Source: Lingula anatina (taxonomy: Eukaryota > Animalia > Brachiopoda). From it: a DNA stretch of 64,000 bases. The translations under genes were made by a program, and so were the position numbers. This document shows positions 63,768-64,000 of the stretch, piece by piece. Under the pieces are notes generated by a model that made no database searches, was not told where the DNA came from, and saw nothing but the letters and a program-made list of their open reading frames with translations. Each line of letters opens with the position of its first letter. The first letter of the stretch is position 1. The DNA lies in the NCBI GenBank assembly GCA_051362555.1, contig CM120644.1, forward strand, positions 1,682,954-1,746,953, written 5' to 3'.

Positions 63768-63973
63768 GTGAGTGACGACATCTTCAGAACATCATGGTTC
63801 ATGGTGTGATGGAGGGTTTTTATACATTCTCAAACCCATAAATTATGTGTCTTATTTTCATCACAATTTATATATTCTTCTTACCCTACAGTTTGTTATT
63901 TTTAACTATTTTTTAAAAATATTATTTATAATTTTTTATTTTCTTATAATTTGGTGCACCCAGGCAAATGTCT

Positions 63974-63987
63974 GTTGCCATGGTAAC
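63974..63987. promoter_or_regulatory. Consensus RFX X-box GTTGCCATGGTAAC in a C10orf67-like intron
   Basis: Embedded in a longer near-palindrome TGTCTGTTGCCATGGTAACAGACA. Confidence 0.4.
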
Positions 63988-64000
63988 AGACATGTTTTTG

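Overview
AT-rich, intron-dense animal genomic DNA. It is probably an invertebrate and possibly a lophotrochozoan such as a mollusc; this is inferred from the repeat landscape and an intron-containing ureD. The ORF track is mostly exon fragments and noise. Stitching exons by hand at GT/GC-AG sites with phase checks gave six protein-coding genes: (1) the 5' ~1780 codons of DNHD1 (dynein heavy chain domain 1; minus strand, 35 coding exons, running off the left edge at the start of AAA1); (2) CCDC34 (plus, 3 exons), head-to-head with DNHD1; (3) an 8-exon ~418-aa gene encoding a Dpy-30/DYDC-type docking domain, coiled coil and ankyrin repeats, nested antisense inside the last CCDC34 intron; (4) a 4-exon urease accessory protein UreD (minus); (5) RBM45 (minus, 10 coding exons); (6) a C10orf67/DUF4709 homolog (plus, 14 or more exons, one GC-AG intron, running off the right edge), head-to-head with RBM45. 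Introns carry a 5-copy TAA-flanked MITE family, other foldback MITEs, a Helentron/HINE-like element with ~161-bp tandem repeats, minisatellites and microsatellites. Most notable observations: the nested Dpy-30-ankyrin gene; animal UreD; recurrent local duplication of exon ends together with their splice sites; a 25-bp tandem array forming seven perfect GGTCAnnnTGACC palindromes; paired RFX X-boxes inside a DNHD1 intron; a GAC-rich RBM45 3' UTR. No rRNA, tRNA or CRISPR array was seen. All family assignments are from recalled motifs, not database searches.
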